A stretch of 64,000 nt of DNA. Origin: Aureliella sp. (GTDB lineage: Bacteria > Planctomycetota > Planctomycetia > Pirellulales > Pirellulaceae). Below the pieces are notes generated by a model. It saw only the letters and a list, made by a program, of their open reading frames with translations, was not told the origin of the DNA and searched no databases. The position numbers were made by a program, and so were the translations under genes. Below, in pieces: positions 20,490 through 31,281 of the stretch; position 1 is the first letter of the stretch; every line of letters begins with the position of its first letter. The stretch is from NCBI GenBank assembly GCA_963691875.1, contig OY829846.1, positions 2,400,001 through 2,464,000 of the forward strand. The letters are read 5' to 3'.

Positions 20490-21857
20490 CTAGTGCGGCT
20501 CAGCGTCAATACTCGCAACGTGCTTTTCCATGAGGGCCTGCAGACGCTTGACGACTTCAGGGTGTTCCTTGGCAACGTTTTTCGTTTCACCTATGTCTTG
20601 TTTCATATCAGCCAAGAATAGCTTGTCGACCTGAACCGGCTTTCTGCGGTCGGTCGTATCACGCACATTTCCAAGCAGCTTCCAGTTTCCTTGATGCACG
20701 GCCCACTGCGCATTCTTGCCTTTTCCCAGAAGCCAAAAGAAATTGTCGTGCGGACTCTCGGTCGCAGCATCCTGAATGACACTGAGCAAACTTCTACCAT
20801 CGTAGGTTTTCCCTGGCAAGTTGACTCCACAAATTTCGGCAATCGTTGGAAACCAGTCGCAACCGGTCGCCATCTGATCTCGCACTTCGCCTTCCGGCAA
20901 AGTCCCCGGCATAGAAACAATGGAAGGAATCCGAATGCCGCCTTCGAATAAACTTGCTTTAGCGCCTCGATAAGGTCCAGCATTGCCGCCGCCCCAGAAG
21001 GCTCGCTCTTCCGTTGAGTGTCCGTGATCGGATTGATAGATGATCAAAGTATCCTCACGAAGCCCTAATCGTTCGAGGCTTGCCACGATCTCGCCGACCT
21101 TCTCATCGACGGTCGAAACAAATTCGGCGTATTGGCGGCGAGGCGATTCGAGATCGCGGTAGTGCTCTCGCCATTTGGCGGTTCCTTGCATCGGATAATG
21201 CGGCGCATTGATGGCGAAATAGAGCAGAAAGGGTTTGTTGCGGTTCGCTTCGAAGAACTTATTGCCCTCGTCGACCATCATGTCGAGGAAGAACTCACCG
21301 TCTCGGAAAATCTCTTTGCCGTCCCGCCACAAGTCGTGTCGATTGGGACCTTGCCAGTAGAAAAAGTGCGAGTAGTTGTCGATGCAGCCTCCCATGTGAC
21401 CAAACGAGTTATCGAAGCCTTGGCCGTTGGGCATCGTTTCCGGCGTGTAGCCAAGATGCCATTTGCCGACATGTCCAGTCGCGTAGCCTTCGCTTTTCAG
21501 CAGCTCTGCAATCGTAATCTCGGAAGTCGGCATGCCAGCGACGCCTTCTTGGCTCGAAACGTTGCCCGGCACGCCTGCTCGCGCTGGAAAACGTCCCGTC
21601 AAAAATCCGGCTCGTGAAGCCGAGCAAATGGCTGATGGGGAATACATTTGGGTGAATCGAACGCCTTGCGAAGCCAAGCGATCCAGATGTGGCGTGTGGA
21701 GATCTTTGGAGCCATAGCAATTGAGATCCAAACTCCCTTGATCGTCTGCATAAATCAGCACGATGTTTGGCAGTTTACTTGGCTCGTTCGCGGCTGAATG
21801 GACTACCGAAATTGCGGCGAGCGTGCAGGCAAGGATAGTTCGAGTGCGAGGAATCAC
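20490..21857 (-). CDS. Arylsulfatase
   Basis: PNIVLIYADDQG, ICSASRAGFLTG, GKWHLG, FEGGIRIP. Confidence 0.94.
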   Translation of the reverse strand: MIPRTRTILACTLAAISVVHSAANEPSKLPNIVLIYADDQGSLDLNCYGSKDLHTPHLDRLASQGVRFTQMYSPSAICSASRAGFLTGRFPARAGVPGNVSSQEGVAGMPTSEITIAELLKSEGYATGHVGKWHLGYTPETMPNGQGFDNSFGHMGGCIDNYSHFFYWQGPNRHDLWRDGKEIFRDGEFFLDMMVDEGNKFFEANRNKPFLLYFAINAPHYPMQGTAKWREHYRDLESPRRQYAEFVSTVDEKVGEIVASLERLGLREDTLIIYQSDHGHSTEERAFWGGGNAGPYRGAKASLFEGGIRIPSIVSMPGTLPEGEVRDQMATGCDWFPTIAEICGVNLPGKTYDGRSLLSVIQDAATESPHDNFFWLLGKGKNAQWAVHQGNWKLLGNVRDTTDRRKPVQVDKLFLADMKQDIGETKNVAKEHPEVVKRLQALMEKHVASIDAEPH

Positions 21858-21979
21858 TTGAAGAGCTCTTGGCTAGAGGTCTGAGGTGGGAAGACTAACA
21901 TCATAGCATGCCACTTTCGGATAAGCCTTAAGGTGCGCAGCCCTGCTACGGCTGCCTTGCCAGTCGATCGTAGCGTGGT

Positions 21980-22005
21980 AACAGCGCTGCGCTCGCTACG
22001 GCCGA
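21980..22005 (-). repeat. Dispersed ~26-nt intergenic repeat (second copy at 59721-59745)
   Basis: Reverse complement TCGGCCGTAGCGAGCGCAGCGCTGTT vs TAGGCCGTAGCGAGCG-GGCGTTGTT; 14-nt exact core. Confidence 0.55.
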
Positions 22006-22016
22006 CTTTCATGAAG

Positions 22017-24737
22017 TTAATGCGTGTGCGCGTCTTCGTCAGCTCGCTCTCCAAGCGGACTGGAAGGCACATTTACAGTTGGTCCAAGCAAAATTGCATT
22101 GGTTAGAAACCGCTCTGCGCTTCGAACATAACCACGGAACACCGGGTTATCTGCGATGCATATGATGCGTCCCACCCCGACATTCTGAACCCAAACAGCA
22201 GGTGTGCCTCGCAAATGCTCCCGATTTCGCTGACTGACATATCCAGCGATAACGCCCTCGTAGCGGGCAACAACTGAGTAAGGATTGCTGGGCGTCTCAA
22301 ATTTCATACTGTGATCTTTGAAAAGCGGGATCGTAGCGTTTGGAAATCCAAAAGCGACAGGATTCGTAAGATCGGCCTTCGAGCGGAAGAACACGCCAGC
22401 GACGGTCTCCAGTGCTCGAGCGCGGCGAGCATCGCCAAACTTGAGTGTTGGTCGCTTGCTACCGGACGCATGATTATTTTCTTGCTCCAATTCGTGCTCG
22501 TGCGTAAGCAACTCTTCTCGCTCTAGCCAACGAATCGCAGAAGCGATAGCGATCACGGTTCCGCCCGAGCTCAAGTAGTCCTTGAGGCTAGATGCTTCTC
22601 GACGCCCCCAGTTTCCGTAGGTGCCGGAGGGCAAAATGACAGTGCTGTACTCACGTAAATCGACTTGTACAAGTCGATCATCTTCCACCAAAGTCGCGGC
22701 CATGCGAAGTCGCGTGTCAAGATAATGCCAGAGTGCACCGGAAGAGTAAGAACGTGTTCCCGACCCGACAACCAGTAGCGGTTTGGCGGTCGGGAGTTCG
22801 ACAAGCGTATTGCTGCCCAGGTCAGGTCCAACCGGCGTGATACCGCTCGCCACTGCTGCTACTTCTATACCACTGGTTGCTGCCTGTTTACGCAGAATAG
22901 CAGATAGTTTCGACCAATGATTTTCGTTCGGCTGCTTGAGCAAAACGAACGAACCCCGTGGCCACGTATTGACCTCCTTTTCGCCAACCGCCTTTATCGT
23001 CATCGGTTCCATCGCGACACGAATGTGTCCTCCGCTTCTCTGCAGGCTTGCAACAAGGCGAGGGGCCTCGAGTTCGACGGGAGAAAACACGTAGCCGATC
23101 AAACTATCATTTGTACCTTCGTCCAGTTCTACCGCTTGGGGCTTTGCTTGTTGCCAGGACCAAGCATCTTGAGTCCACGCATCGGGCAGATCCGACTCCC
23201 AGCGATGCATTTCCAAGTCAAAGGCACTTGGAACATGCCAGGCCGACACATCGTAGAAGATGTTTTCCCTGAAGTTCTGAAGTGGCTCCATCAGTGACTG
23301 CAAGAAGATGGTTTCAGATTGCGCGATGGGCAAGACCAGGATCTGATCTGCATGGTGTTGCTTTCCATCTAAACGCACGCCGACCGTTGGCTGATAGCCT
23401 ACAATCTGATGCCGACGCAGTAGTCGTGCTGCAGCCTGAATGCGACTCGTGGTACCCGTCAGAATGTAGGCCTGGATATCGCTCTTCTCAGCTTGCTGGA
23501 GGCTGTTGTTGTAGAAGTCTCTTTGATATTGCAACAACGCTTGCTTGTGTTGGTTTGCGGCCGTAAGACTAGAGAGGCTGGTGCGAAGTTGATTCGCAAC
23601 GGTATCTTCGAAGTGCCGGTCAGTGCGTGCGTTCTTCAGTCGCAACCCGCGTGTACTACCTTGTTCGAATAGAATTCCAATCGCTCCGTGCAAGTCGGGA
23701 TAAGTACTGCCTTTGCCTGGATAGAAGTCGTCAAATCTCTCCTCGGTGTAATACAGCTCTCCCGCTGCATCCATTGTGGCAGAATGTTCCTTGGCAAAAA
23801 GCCGTGTGAGCTGCAAATTCTTTGAGGGGCTGAGTGGATTGCTGCGTGCTGGGATTCCGGGCTGGAAGAAGTAACTTGAGGTTCCTGACATTTCGTGATA
23901 ATCGAGTACCACGTTGGGCTTCCACTTGTGGAACAGCGCGATGCGTCCTTGGCTCTCGGGATGAACCAGAGGTAGCCAGTCTCGGTTTAGGTCGAACCAG
24001 TAGTAGTTGGTGCGTCCGCCAGGCCAAGGCTGATTATGCTCGCGATCTGCACTCGAGGCGGAAGCAAATTTCCCGCGGTTCTCGTTCGACCAATTGGCGA
24101 ACCGATCTGCTCCATCAGGATTGAGTGCTGGGTCGACCAGGTAGACTCCGTTTTCGAGCCAACCGGCCACTTCCGCAGACTTCGACGATGCGAGATGGTA
24201 GGCCACGAGTGGAGTTGCGTTCATGGCACTCGCCTCGTCTCCGTGCACACAGTAGCCCATGTACATGACGAGCAGTTCTTCGCTTAGGTCCGCTTGGTAG
24301 CGGCCCGAAGTCAAACGCCGGCGCTTGGATTGGATTTTGTCTAGTTGTTCGATATTTGCAGGGCTAGAGATAGCTGCGACCATCAGTGGGCGTTGTCCGT
24401 GGGACTTCGCGTAGTCAATGACTTGCACTCGCGGCGAAGCCGCTTCCAGGTATCGGAGATAGTCAACAACTTGATCGTGTCTGAGATGTCGCGACCCAAC
24501 CTCGAAGCCGAAAAACTTCGCCGGAGACTGGATGGACGGATCACGCGCGTGGGCGGGCAGGACTTCGGTGGGATCCTCAGCTCGGCCTCGGACAGGTGCG
24601 AATGAAATAGTTACCAGAACGGCAGCAAAAGAAGGCAGCAGATTTGTCGCGCGCATGATAGCCAACATTGCGGCTCCGAAGATAGGACATCTTGAGGCGG
24701 CACGCGAGACACGACGTCTCGCTGCCTGAATACACAA
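22017..24737 (-). CDS. Zinc carboxypeptidase (M14 family) with C-terminal GATase-like domain; true start probably slightly downstream of 24737
   Basis: VHGDE zinc motif, NPDG, DLNRDW, DYHEM, signal peptide. Confidence 0.9.
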   Translation of the reverse strand: MCIQAARRRVSRAASRCPIFGAAMLAIMRATNLLPSFAAVLVTISFAPVRGRAEDPTEVLPAHARDPSIQSPAKFFGFEVGSRHLRHDQVVDYLRYLEAASPRVQVIDYAKSHGQRPLMVAAISSPANIEQLDKIQSKRRRLTSGRYQADLSEELLVMYMGYCVHGDEASAMNATPLVAYHLASSKSAEVAGWLENGVYLVDPALNPDGADRFANWSNENRGKFASASSADREHNQPWPGGRTNYYWFDLNRDWLPLVHPESQGRIALFHKWKPNVVLDYHEMSGTSSYFFQPGIPARSNPLSPSKNLQLTRLFAKEHSATMDAAGELYYTEERFDDFYPGKGSTYPDLHGAIGILFEQGSTRGLRLKNARTDRHFEDTVANQLRTSLSSLTAANQHKQALLQYQRDFYNNSLQQAEKSDIQAYILTGTTSRIQAAARLLRRHQIVGYQPTVGVRLDGKQHHADQILVLPIAQSETIFLQSLMEPLQNFRENIFYDVSAWHVPSAFDLEMHRWESDLPDAWTQDAWSWQQAKPQAVELDEGTNDSLIGYVFSPVELEAPRLVASLQRSGGHIRVAMEPMTIKAVGEKEVNTWPRGSFVLLKQPNENHWSKLSAILRKQAATSGIEVAAVASGITPVGPDLGSNTLVELPTAKPLLVVGSGTRSYSSGALWHYLDTRLRMAATLVEDDRLVQVDLREYSTVILPSGTYGNWGRREASSLKDYLSSGGTVIAIASAIRWLEREELLTHEHELEQENNHASGSKRPTLKFGDARRARALETVAGVFFRSKADLTNPVAFGFPNATIPLFKDHSMKFETPSNPYSVVARYEGVIAGYVSQRNREHLRGTPAVWVQNVGVGRIICIADNPVFRGYVRSAERFLTNAILLGPTVNVPSSPLGERADEDAHTH

Positions 24738-24809
24738 GGATAGTCCATCGAAAGAGCAGTGTTCCGAAACTCGAACTCAGCCACTAAGAAGCGTTAGCTG
24801 TTCCGCGAT

Positions 24810-25073
24810 TCAAAACGTCGTGTCAAGTAATTCGTCGAGCGAGCGACGGATGTCGGCTTTGTTTGGCCAGTGTCGCCGCGAAAGCCACGAGCCGGTCGCG
24901 TACCGCCGAAGCTCTCTTGTTGAAATAATGGCCGAAGCGTCAATCAAAAACCGCTCGATGGCAGCGGTGAAAGGTGCTCGCTTCCAACGCCAAGGACTGT
25001 GGGCAGGGTTGGAGGAGTAGAGCAGGTTGAGGAGCTGCTCGAATTCCATAAACACTTGTTCGCGGCTACCCAT
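24810..25073 (-). CDS. Small hypothetical protein
   Basis: ATG-started 87-aa ORF, co-oriented with the M14 gene, protein-like composition; family not recognised. Confidence 0.55.
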   Translation of the reverse strand: MGSREQVFMEFEQLLNLLYSSNPAHSPWRWKRAPFTAAIERFLIDASAIISTRELRRYATGSWLSRRHWPNKADIRRSLDELLDTTF

Positions 25074-25428
25074 TGTCCTTGCTGCGCGAGTGCGATTTTA
25101 AAAATCTCGAAACTCAAGCTGGCACGATACAGAAAAATATTCTGTCTTCGGAAACGCTTGTTTTCACAGAATGGGCTAAACCAACCGATCAAGGAAAAGT
25201 TGCGGTTCCCAAACCACAGGTGGCTAACGGGCCTTTTTGCGAAGCCCAGCACAGCCAAAACCTGCATGCCGAACCAATCCTTTTTTGGCTACAATGGAAT
25301 CTTCAGGCTTAGGCGATCGGCAGTAGAGCTTCTAGCACTGACAAGTATTTTCTCGTAAGGGAATACTGCATGAAAACGAACTTGGGCAGGCCGATTCTGA
25401 CTCGCCTTCCGCCTCAACCGCGATCCCG

Positions 25429-26037
25429 GTGAAACAGATGATCTTAGTTCTCGATAATTACGATTCATTCACATACAACCTTGTCCAACGACTTGGGGAG
25501 ATTGATGCGAATGTTGACATTCGCGTTGAACGGAATGACAAGATCTCCGTTGCTGAGATTCACGATTTGCAGCCAGACCGCATCCTGATTTCGCCTGGTC
25601 CCTGCACTCCAAGCGAAGCCGGCATCAGCGTCCAAATTGTAGAGCAACTGGCTGGAAAGATTCCGATCCTTGGGGTCTGCCTTGGACATCAATCAATTGG
25701 CCAGGCGCTCGGTGCGGACGTGGTTCGCGCCCCGCTTTTGATGCACGGCAAAACAGATCAGATTTCACATGACAACAAGGGATTCTTTGAGAATCTCCCC
25801 AATCCCTTTACGGCGACGCGTTATCATTCACTTGTGATCCAGCCTGATTCGCTGCCCTCGTGCTTGGAAGTGGCGGCGTGGGTCGACGAACCTGACGGCT
25901 CACGTCAAATAATGGCCATTCGCCACAAGGAAAAGCCCTTGGTTGGTTGGCAATTCCACCCGGAGAGCTTCTTGACTGAGCCAGGGATCGAATTGCTCAC
26001 CCGATTCCTGTCCTGGAATACGGCGGCGGTCTCTTAG
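25429..26037 (+). CDS. trpG: Anthranilate/aminodeoxychorismate synthase component II (class I glutamine amidotransferase)
   Basis: DNYDSFTYNL, SPGP, GVCLGHQ, RYHSL, QFHPES. TrpG and PabA cannot be separated by eye. Confidence 0.92.
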   Translation: MKQMILVLDNYDSFTYNLVQRLGEIDANVDIRVERNDKISVAEIHDLQPDRILISPGPCTPSEAGISVQIVEQLAGKIPILGVCLGHQSIGQALGADVVRAPLLMHGKTDQISHDNKGFFENLPNPFTATRYHSLVIQPDSLPSCLEVAAWVDEPDGSRQIMAIRHKEKPLVGWQFHPESFLTEPGIELLTRFLSWNTAAVS

Positions 26038-26104
26038 CCGAGCTTCCTACTCCTCGCGATTCACTCAGCAATTGCCCCAAAAATCAGTGAAGGTTCCCAG
26101 CTAG

Positions 26105-27619
26105 ATGTACTGCGTCACCATCGGAAGAAGTCGTCATAAGGCCATGATCGCCGAGCATCAGCACTTGGCCGAGAATGGCGCCGACGTAGTCGAACTGCGT
26201 CTGGACTACATTGGTCGCAGCATCAATTTGAAGCGTTTATTGGCCGAGCGACCTTGCCCAGTAGTAATTACTTGCCGGCGTCGCGAAGACGGTGGTCGCT
26301 GGGATAAGACGGAAGAAGAACGCCTTGTGATCCTCCGGACCGCAATTGCTGCTGGCGTCGATTTCGTGGACCTAGAAGAGGACATCGCTGACAAGATTCC
26401 ACGTTATGGTTCCACCAAGCGCATCGTCAGTTTCCACAACTTCGACGAGACGCCAGACGACCTAGAAGGGATTCACAAGCGACTCGCGGCGCTTGATGCA
26501 GATGTCGTGAAAATAGCGACTATGGCCAACTCCTTCACCGATTCCATTCGGATGCTGCGTCTAGCAGAAAAAGTAGATGTGCCGACGATTGCGATATGCA
26601 TGGGGGATCTTGGACACATCACCAGAGTAATGGCCCTCAAGAACGGAGCACCTTTCACTTACACCGTTTCCAGTTCTGGGCGCAAGATTGCCCCCGGACA
26701 AATTAAAGTGGACGATATGATCAAGTACTATCGTCCGAAAGAGATAGACGACAAAACTCAGCTGTTTGGTGTTGTTGCCGATCCAGTCGCACATTCGCTG
26801 AGTCCTCAGCTTCACAATGCCGCATTCCAAGATGCAGAGCTCAACTGCCGCTACTTGCCTTTTCGGATTCCGCCAGATGAATTGCCGTTGTTCTTGCAGT
26901 GGTGCAAGGAAACAGAGGTTACGGGCTTGAGTGTGACGATCCCGCACAAAGAGACGATGCTGGCATTGATGGATGAGGTCGAATCTGGCGCGAAAGGAAT
27001 CGGCGCGATCAACACCGTTGCGATTCGCGGCATGAATGGCGCTGGTTACAACACGGATTATCGCTCCGCAATGGACTGTCTTGAAGAAGCTCTGAAAACG
27101 CAGAGAACCATTGGCAATGTAAATGAAGGCTTGCGAGAAGAAGACCTGTTTCGCGGTCGAGGTGCATTGATTTTGGGCGCTGGCGGCGCAGCTCGAGCAA
27201 TAGCCTTTGGCCTACGACAGCGCGGAGCCCTGGTCACGATCGCGAGCCGCACTGAAGAACGCTCCAAAAAGCTGGCCTCGGATATCGGTGGACGCTTTCT
27301 GGCTTGGAATGCACGTTACGACACGAAGCCGGGTATTTTGGTGAACTGCACTCCAATAGGAATGCACCCCGACATTGATAGCTCGCCGTACGACGAAGAG
27401 AAACTGCACGAGGAAATGATCGTCTTCGATACGGTTTACAACCCTGAGAAGACGGTACTAGTCAAAAAAGCCAAGGAAGCAGGCTGCTTCGTCATCAACG
27501 GCTTGGACATGTTTGTGCGTCAAGCCGCCTATCAATTCAAGCTTTTCACCGGCATCGAACCAAACGTTAAGCTCATGCGGAAAGTGGTGAAGGATATTAC
27601 TTCACCGTATCGTGCTTAG
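26105..27619 (+). CDS. aroE: Fused type I 3-dehydroquinate dehydratase / shikimate dehydrogenase (AroD-AroE)
   Basis: VELRLD, VSFHNF, APGQ in the N-half; HSLSP, SVTIPHK, AINT, NTD, GAGGAARA, DTVYNP in the C-half. Confidence 0.95.
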   Translation: MYCVTIGRSRHKAMIAEHQHLAENGADVVELRLDYIGRSINLKRLLAERPCPVVITCRRREDGGRWDKTEEERLVILRTAIAAGVDFVDLEEDIADKIPRYGSTKRIVSFHNFDETPDDLEGIHKRLAALDADVVKIATMANSFTDSIRMLRLAEKVDVPTIAICMGDLGHITRVMALKNGAPFTYTVSSSGRKIAPGQIKVDDMIKYYRPKEIDDKTQLFGVVADPVAHSLSPQLHNAAFQDAELNCRYLPFRIPPDELPLFLQWCKETEVTGLSVTIPHKETMLALMDEVESGAKGIGAINTVAIRGMNGAGYNTDYRSAMDCLEEALKTQRTIGNVNEGLREEDLFRGRGALILGAGGAARAIAFGLRQRGALVTIASRTEERSKKLASDIGGRFLAWNARYDTKPGILVNCTPIGMHPDIDSSPYDEEKLHEEMIVFDTVYNPEKTVLVKKAKEAGCFVINGLDMFVRQAAYQFKLFTGIEPNVKLMRKVVKDITSPYRA

Positions 27620-27655
27620 CTGGTAACGATTGGCATAGCAGAGGCAACCTGATCG

Positions 27656-28795
27656 CTACTTCTTGGGCGGTGGGAGTGTCACGCCCCAGACTGGCCCCTT
27701 TGTGTTGTTTCTAGGAATCGGATGTTTCTTCGCCGATTCGCGAGCTTCGTTGCTTGCGCTTACCAATCGATAAGTGCCCATGTTGGCGGCTGCGATCGCT
27801 TTCAGCTGTTTCTCGCCTTTTCCATCCACTTCCATACCAAGCGTGTTGATGGGGACGATCCGTTGGTGTGGTTTGGTCAAGACTTGCGCGGTCTTATCGG
27901 TGAAGGCACCATCACCCAGGATGTAAATCACATCCGGCCTCAAGGAGAGTGCCTTTGCTACCGCTTCTTCTCCCTTCGTCTTCAGGCACATCTGGACCGA
28001 GTACAACCAGGCCCGAAGCTTTTCTTTGTTGCGCGAAGTTGCTTTGACGAAACCTCCGGCGGGCCTCGGATGAAACATCTCGTAAGCAGTGTCGCTGAAG
28101 AAGATGACGTAGAAATACTTCTTGGAGTTCATTTCGTCGACAGTCGCCATCAACTCTGTCAGGGCAGTCTCTAAACGACCTCGAGTCATGCTGTTCGAGT
28201 TGTCGACAACGAACACAAACTTGTCGCCCTCCGACTTGGCGCCAAAGAAGGTTGCTCCACTGAGGCCATTGCCCATCGCCGCCACCGCATCACTGGCACC
28301 AACCAGAGAACCGATTTCCGGCATCGATGCCGTAGGCATTACGAAATCCATGGCAGGATCGACAGCCACCTCGAGCGAGCCCAACACATCAGCAGCTTGC
28401 ATTTCCTCCGCCGCGAAAGCTTCACTCTGTGGTAAGTCGTCTTCCAGTGCTTCCTCGTCGATTTCTGCCAACACCTCAACTTCTGTCACTTCCGCCTTCG
28501 CAGCGCTGAGCCCAATCGACTCACTTTCGGTAGCTAGGTTTGCAACGGTGACAGCAGAAAGAACCACAACACCAACGCTGTGACACAATAGGCTGATTAA
28601 CCAAGCAGGCAGTGTGTTGGTCAAAAGCTGGCGAAAAGACAGTTCTTCCTCAGAATCCGCCGCATCGGTCTGTTCCGCTACCAGAGGCTGAGCCAATGTC
28701 GCTTCCTCATCATCGGCCAGCACGGCGACGAGTTTGCCGGAAATGGGTTGTTCAGGCGCTCGACTCATACCACTCTTCTCGCTTTTGTTTTGCAC
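27656..28795 (-). CDS. Membrane-anchored vWA domain protein
   Basis: TM (WLISLLCH...), acidic linker, ATFFG, MIDAS FVVDNSNSM, ILGDG. Confidence 0.85.
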   Translation of the reverse strand: MQNKSEKSGMSRAPEQPISGKLVAVLADDEEATLAQPLVAEQTDAADSEEELSFRQLLTNTLPAWLISLLCHSVGVVVLSAVTVANLATESESIGLSAAKAEVTEVEVLAEIDEEALEDDLPQSEAFAAEEMQAADVLGSLEVAVDPAMDFVMPTASMPEIGSLVGASDAVAAMGNGLSGATFFGAKSEGDKFVFVVDNSNSMTRGRLETALTELMATVDEMNSKKYFYVIFFSDTAYEMFHPRPAGGFVKATSRNKEKLRAWLYSVQMCLKTKGEEAVAKALSLRPDVIYILGDGAFTDKTAQVLTKPHQRIVPINTLGMEVDGKGEKQLKAIAAANMGTYRLVSASNEARESAKKHPIPRNNTKGPVWGVTLPPPKK

Positions 28796-28990
28796 AGAAA
28801 AGATCTGAATATCTTCTTCAAGAAGATGCGGTGGGGAGAAGTACCTATTTTAGAGCGAAACCACCCAGAGGCTGTATACAGGATTCCAAGTAATTTCGTT
28901 GAATGCCCCGACCGTCACTCTTAAAATGACAGTCTCAACCAATTTTCAACCAAGTTGGGCACACGCCCCTCAGTAATTTCCGCTTTCTTT

Positions 28991-30268
28991 TCAAGAAGCC
29001 AGGAGTTTTTCCAGGTATGCTTTGAAACCCTGCATGCACGGAGGTGCTTCCGGGCCGACAATGGCCGCGCCGTGCTCTGGCGCAGGACGTAAGCCGTGAC
29101 TGCCGCGAACCAGCGATGGATCCAGCGGCACCACATCCATTTTGTAACGCATACCCAGCTTCTTTTGAGCCAGTCGCAAGCCTGCGCGAGCCAGCGATGT
29201 CATAAACAGCTCACAGGGATCGTAGCCCGGCTTACGGTGAATATCTACAGTGCGAGCAAAGTCCGGTGCTCGCTCGTCGTTTAACCAGTAATAATAGCAG
29301 AACCAAGCGTCTTCTTCCGACAACGCAATGAGTTCACCTGAACGGTCATGATCCAGTTCCAATTCGCTGGGCTCCAAAACCGCAGCAATGCCATCAATGG
29401 ATTCCAGCAGTTTCTTCACCGCGTCTTTGACGTTTGGATCGTTGACATAAACGTGAGCTAGTTGATGGTCGACGACAGCAAATGCCTTCGAGTCCATAGG
29501 CATCAGCGTTTCACCAAACGGCCCATCGCGCACTTCGAGAAATCCGGCCTCGCGTAACACTCGATTGATCAGGACAGGTTTCGCGACTGGCACCAAGCCA
29601 TACTCGGAAACGACGATTGGCTGTGCTCCGATCTCTCGGGCGGCCTCGATTACGACTTGGGCACAGCGATCAACTTCAGCAACTCGCTCGGGATCATGCT
29701 GCTTGAATCGCTGGTAGTCGTAGTCCAAGTGCGGTAAATAGACGAGGCTCAACTTAGGCTGATGCTTGCGAATCACCGTGGCGCTGGCATTGGCAATCCA
29801 TTCGGTAGCTTGCAGTCCTGCTTTCGGCCCCCAGAACGCGAAAAATGGAAAATCACCATGTTGCTCGGTCAATTTACACTCAGTCTTGTCGAGAATCCCA
29901 AATGCTTTGGAACCATCACATCCATAGTAAGGCTTGGGGGTCGCGAACCATCGCACCGGAGCACCTTGGTTAAACCACCAAAACATTTTGGCAGTTTCTA
30001 CTTTTTCATAGATTTTCTCACCTTGTACTAGTCGATTCGACTGTTGCCAGAATCGAATCTCACCGGTGTCGCGAAAGTACCAGCCGTTGCCAACGATGCC
30101 ATGATCTCTGGGAGCCAACCCGGTCAGCATCGTTGCTTGTGACGTGCACGTGACAGCCGGGTACGGGCTGGTGAAAGGCTGAACTTGACCGCAAGCGGAG
30201 ATGTTGGGGGAGTGTTTTGCTAGTGCTGGAGTGAGTCCGACCGCATTGATCACACATACCTTGCTCAT
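28991..30268 (-). CDS. Alkaline-phosphatase-superfamily nucleotide pyrophosphatase/phosphodiesterase (EboF-like)
   Basis: PAVTCTSQ, HGIVGNGWY, YLPHLDY, SEYG, DFARTVDIHRKPGYDP, GSHG. Confidence 0.85.
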   Translation of the reverse strand: MSKVCVINAVGLTPALAKHSPNISACGQVQPFTSPYPAVTCTSQATMLTGLAPRDHGIVGNGWYFRDTGEIRFWQQSNRLVQGEKIYEKVETAKMFWWFNQGAPVRWFATPKPYYGCDGSKAFGILDKTECKLTEQHGDFPFFAFWGPKAGLQATEWIANASATVIRKHQPKLSLVYLPHLDYDYQRFKQHDPERVAEVDRCAQVVIEAAREIGAQPIVVSEYGLVPVAKPVLINRVLREAGFLEVRDGPFGETLMPMDSKAFAVVDHQLAHVYVNDPNVKDAVKKLLESIDGIAAVLEPSELELDHDRSGELIALSEEDAWFCYYYWLNDERAPDFARTVDIHRKPGYDPCELFMTSLARAGLRLAQKKLGMRYKMDVVPLDPSLVRGSHGLRPAPEHGAAIVGPEAPPCMQGFKAYLEKLLAS

Positions 30269-30319
30269 ACAATTGGTCTCTGCCCGCCGTCCGAGTTCGA
30301 AGTACTAAAGTCGAGAGTC

Positions 30320-31162
30320 ATGAAGATAGTCGAAAGTCCCCACGAAGCCTACGCACATGTGGATCATTGGCGTCGGGAAGGCCTGAGTATAGGACTGGTC
30401 CCTACGATGGGTGCCTTGCATGCAGGGCATTTTTCGTTGTTTCGTCGCAGCACCCAAGAGTGCGATATCACAGCAGCGTCAATTTTCGTAAATCCAACTC
30501 AGTTTAGTCCTGAGGAAGATTTGTCCCGCTATCCACGGACACTTGAGGACGACCTCGCTGGGCTACGCGAATTGGGTTGTGATTTGGTCTTCGTTCCGCA
30601 GCCGCAGCACGTATACCCGGAGGGCTTTTCTACCTACGTATCCCCACCGTCGACAGCGAAGTCGCTGGAAGGAACATTTCGTCCCGACCATTTTCGTGGC
30701 GTCACGACCGTGGTGATCAAGCTGTTTCAGATCCTCCCCGCAAGCATCGCGTACTTTGGACAAAAAGACTTCCAACAGCTGGCTGTGATCAAAAAGATGG
30801 TCGAGGATCTCAACGTGCCGATACGCGTTGTAGGTTGCGCCACCATCCGCGAGGAAGATGGCTTGGCCCTGAGTAGTCGCAATCGCTACTTGTCGGCGGG
30901 AGAGCGTGAGCGTGCACTGTGCCTTTCAAGGGCACTAAATCAGGTACACTCCCTCGTCTCCCAAGGCCTATCGCAAGTTAACCAACTGGAGCAAGAGATG
31001 CATCGAATTTTGAAGCCGGCCACTGACTCGATCGACTACGCTTCCATCGTGGATCGTGAAACACTTGACCCGATGGTCGAAATTGACCGCCCAGCGGTGG
31101 CTCTCATTGCTGCGTATGTTGGCAAGACTCGACTGATCGACAATCGTTTGATTGGTGAGTAG
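30320..31162 (+). CDS. panC: Pantoate--beta-alanine ligase
   Basis: VPTMGALHAGH, SIFVNPTQF, RPDHFRGV, FGQKD, GLALSSRN, RLIDN. Confidence 0.97.
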   Translation: MKIVESPHEAYAHVDHWRREGLSIGLVPTMGALHAGHFSLFRRSTQECDITAASIFVNPTQFSPEEDLSRYPRTLEDDLAGLRELGCDLVFVPQPQHVYPEGFSTYVSPPSTAKSLEGTFRPDHFRGVTTVVIKLFQILPASIAYFGQKDFQQLAVIKKMVEDLNVPIRVVGCATIREEDGLALSSRNRYLSAGERERALCLSRALNQVHSLVSQGLSQVNQLEQEMHRILKPATDSIDYASIVDRETLDPMVEIDRPAVALIAAYVGKTRLIDNRLIGE

Positions 31163-31281
31163 TCAGAAAAAGCTTGTCTAATCTTCCTTCATTGCCCCAT
31201 TGAAGTGAGTCGTGCGTTTTCATCTCGGCGCTTTGGCAACATTGGCCGGTTCTTCAGTTCGTAGTTCCGCATTGGTGGGGA

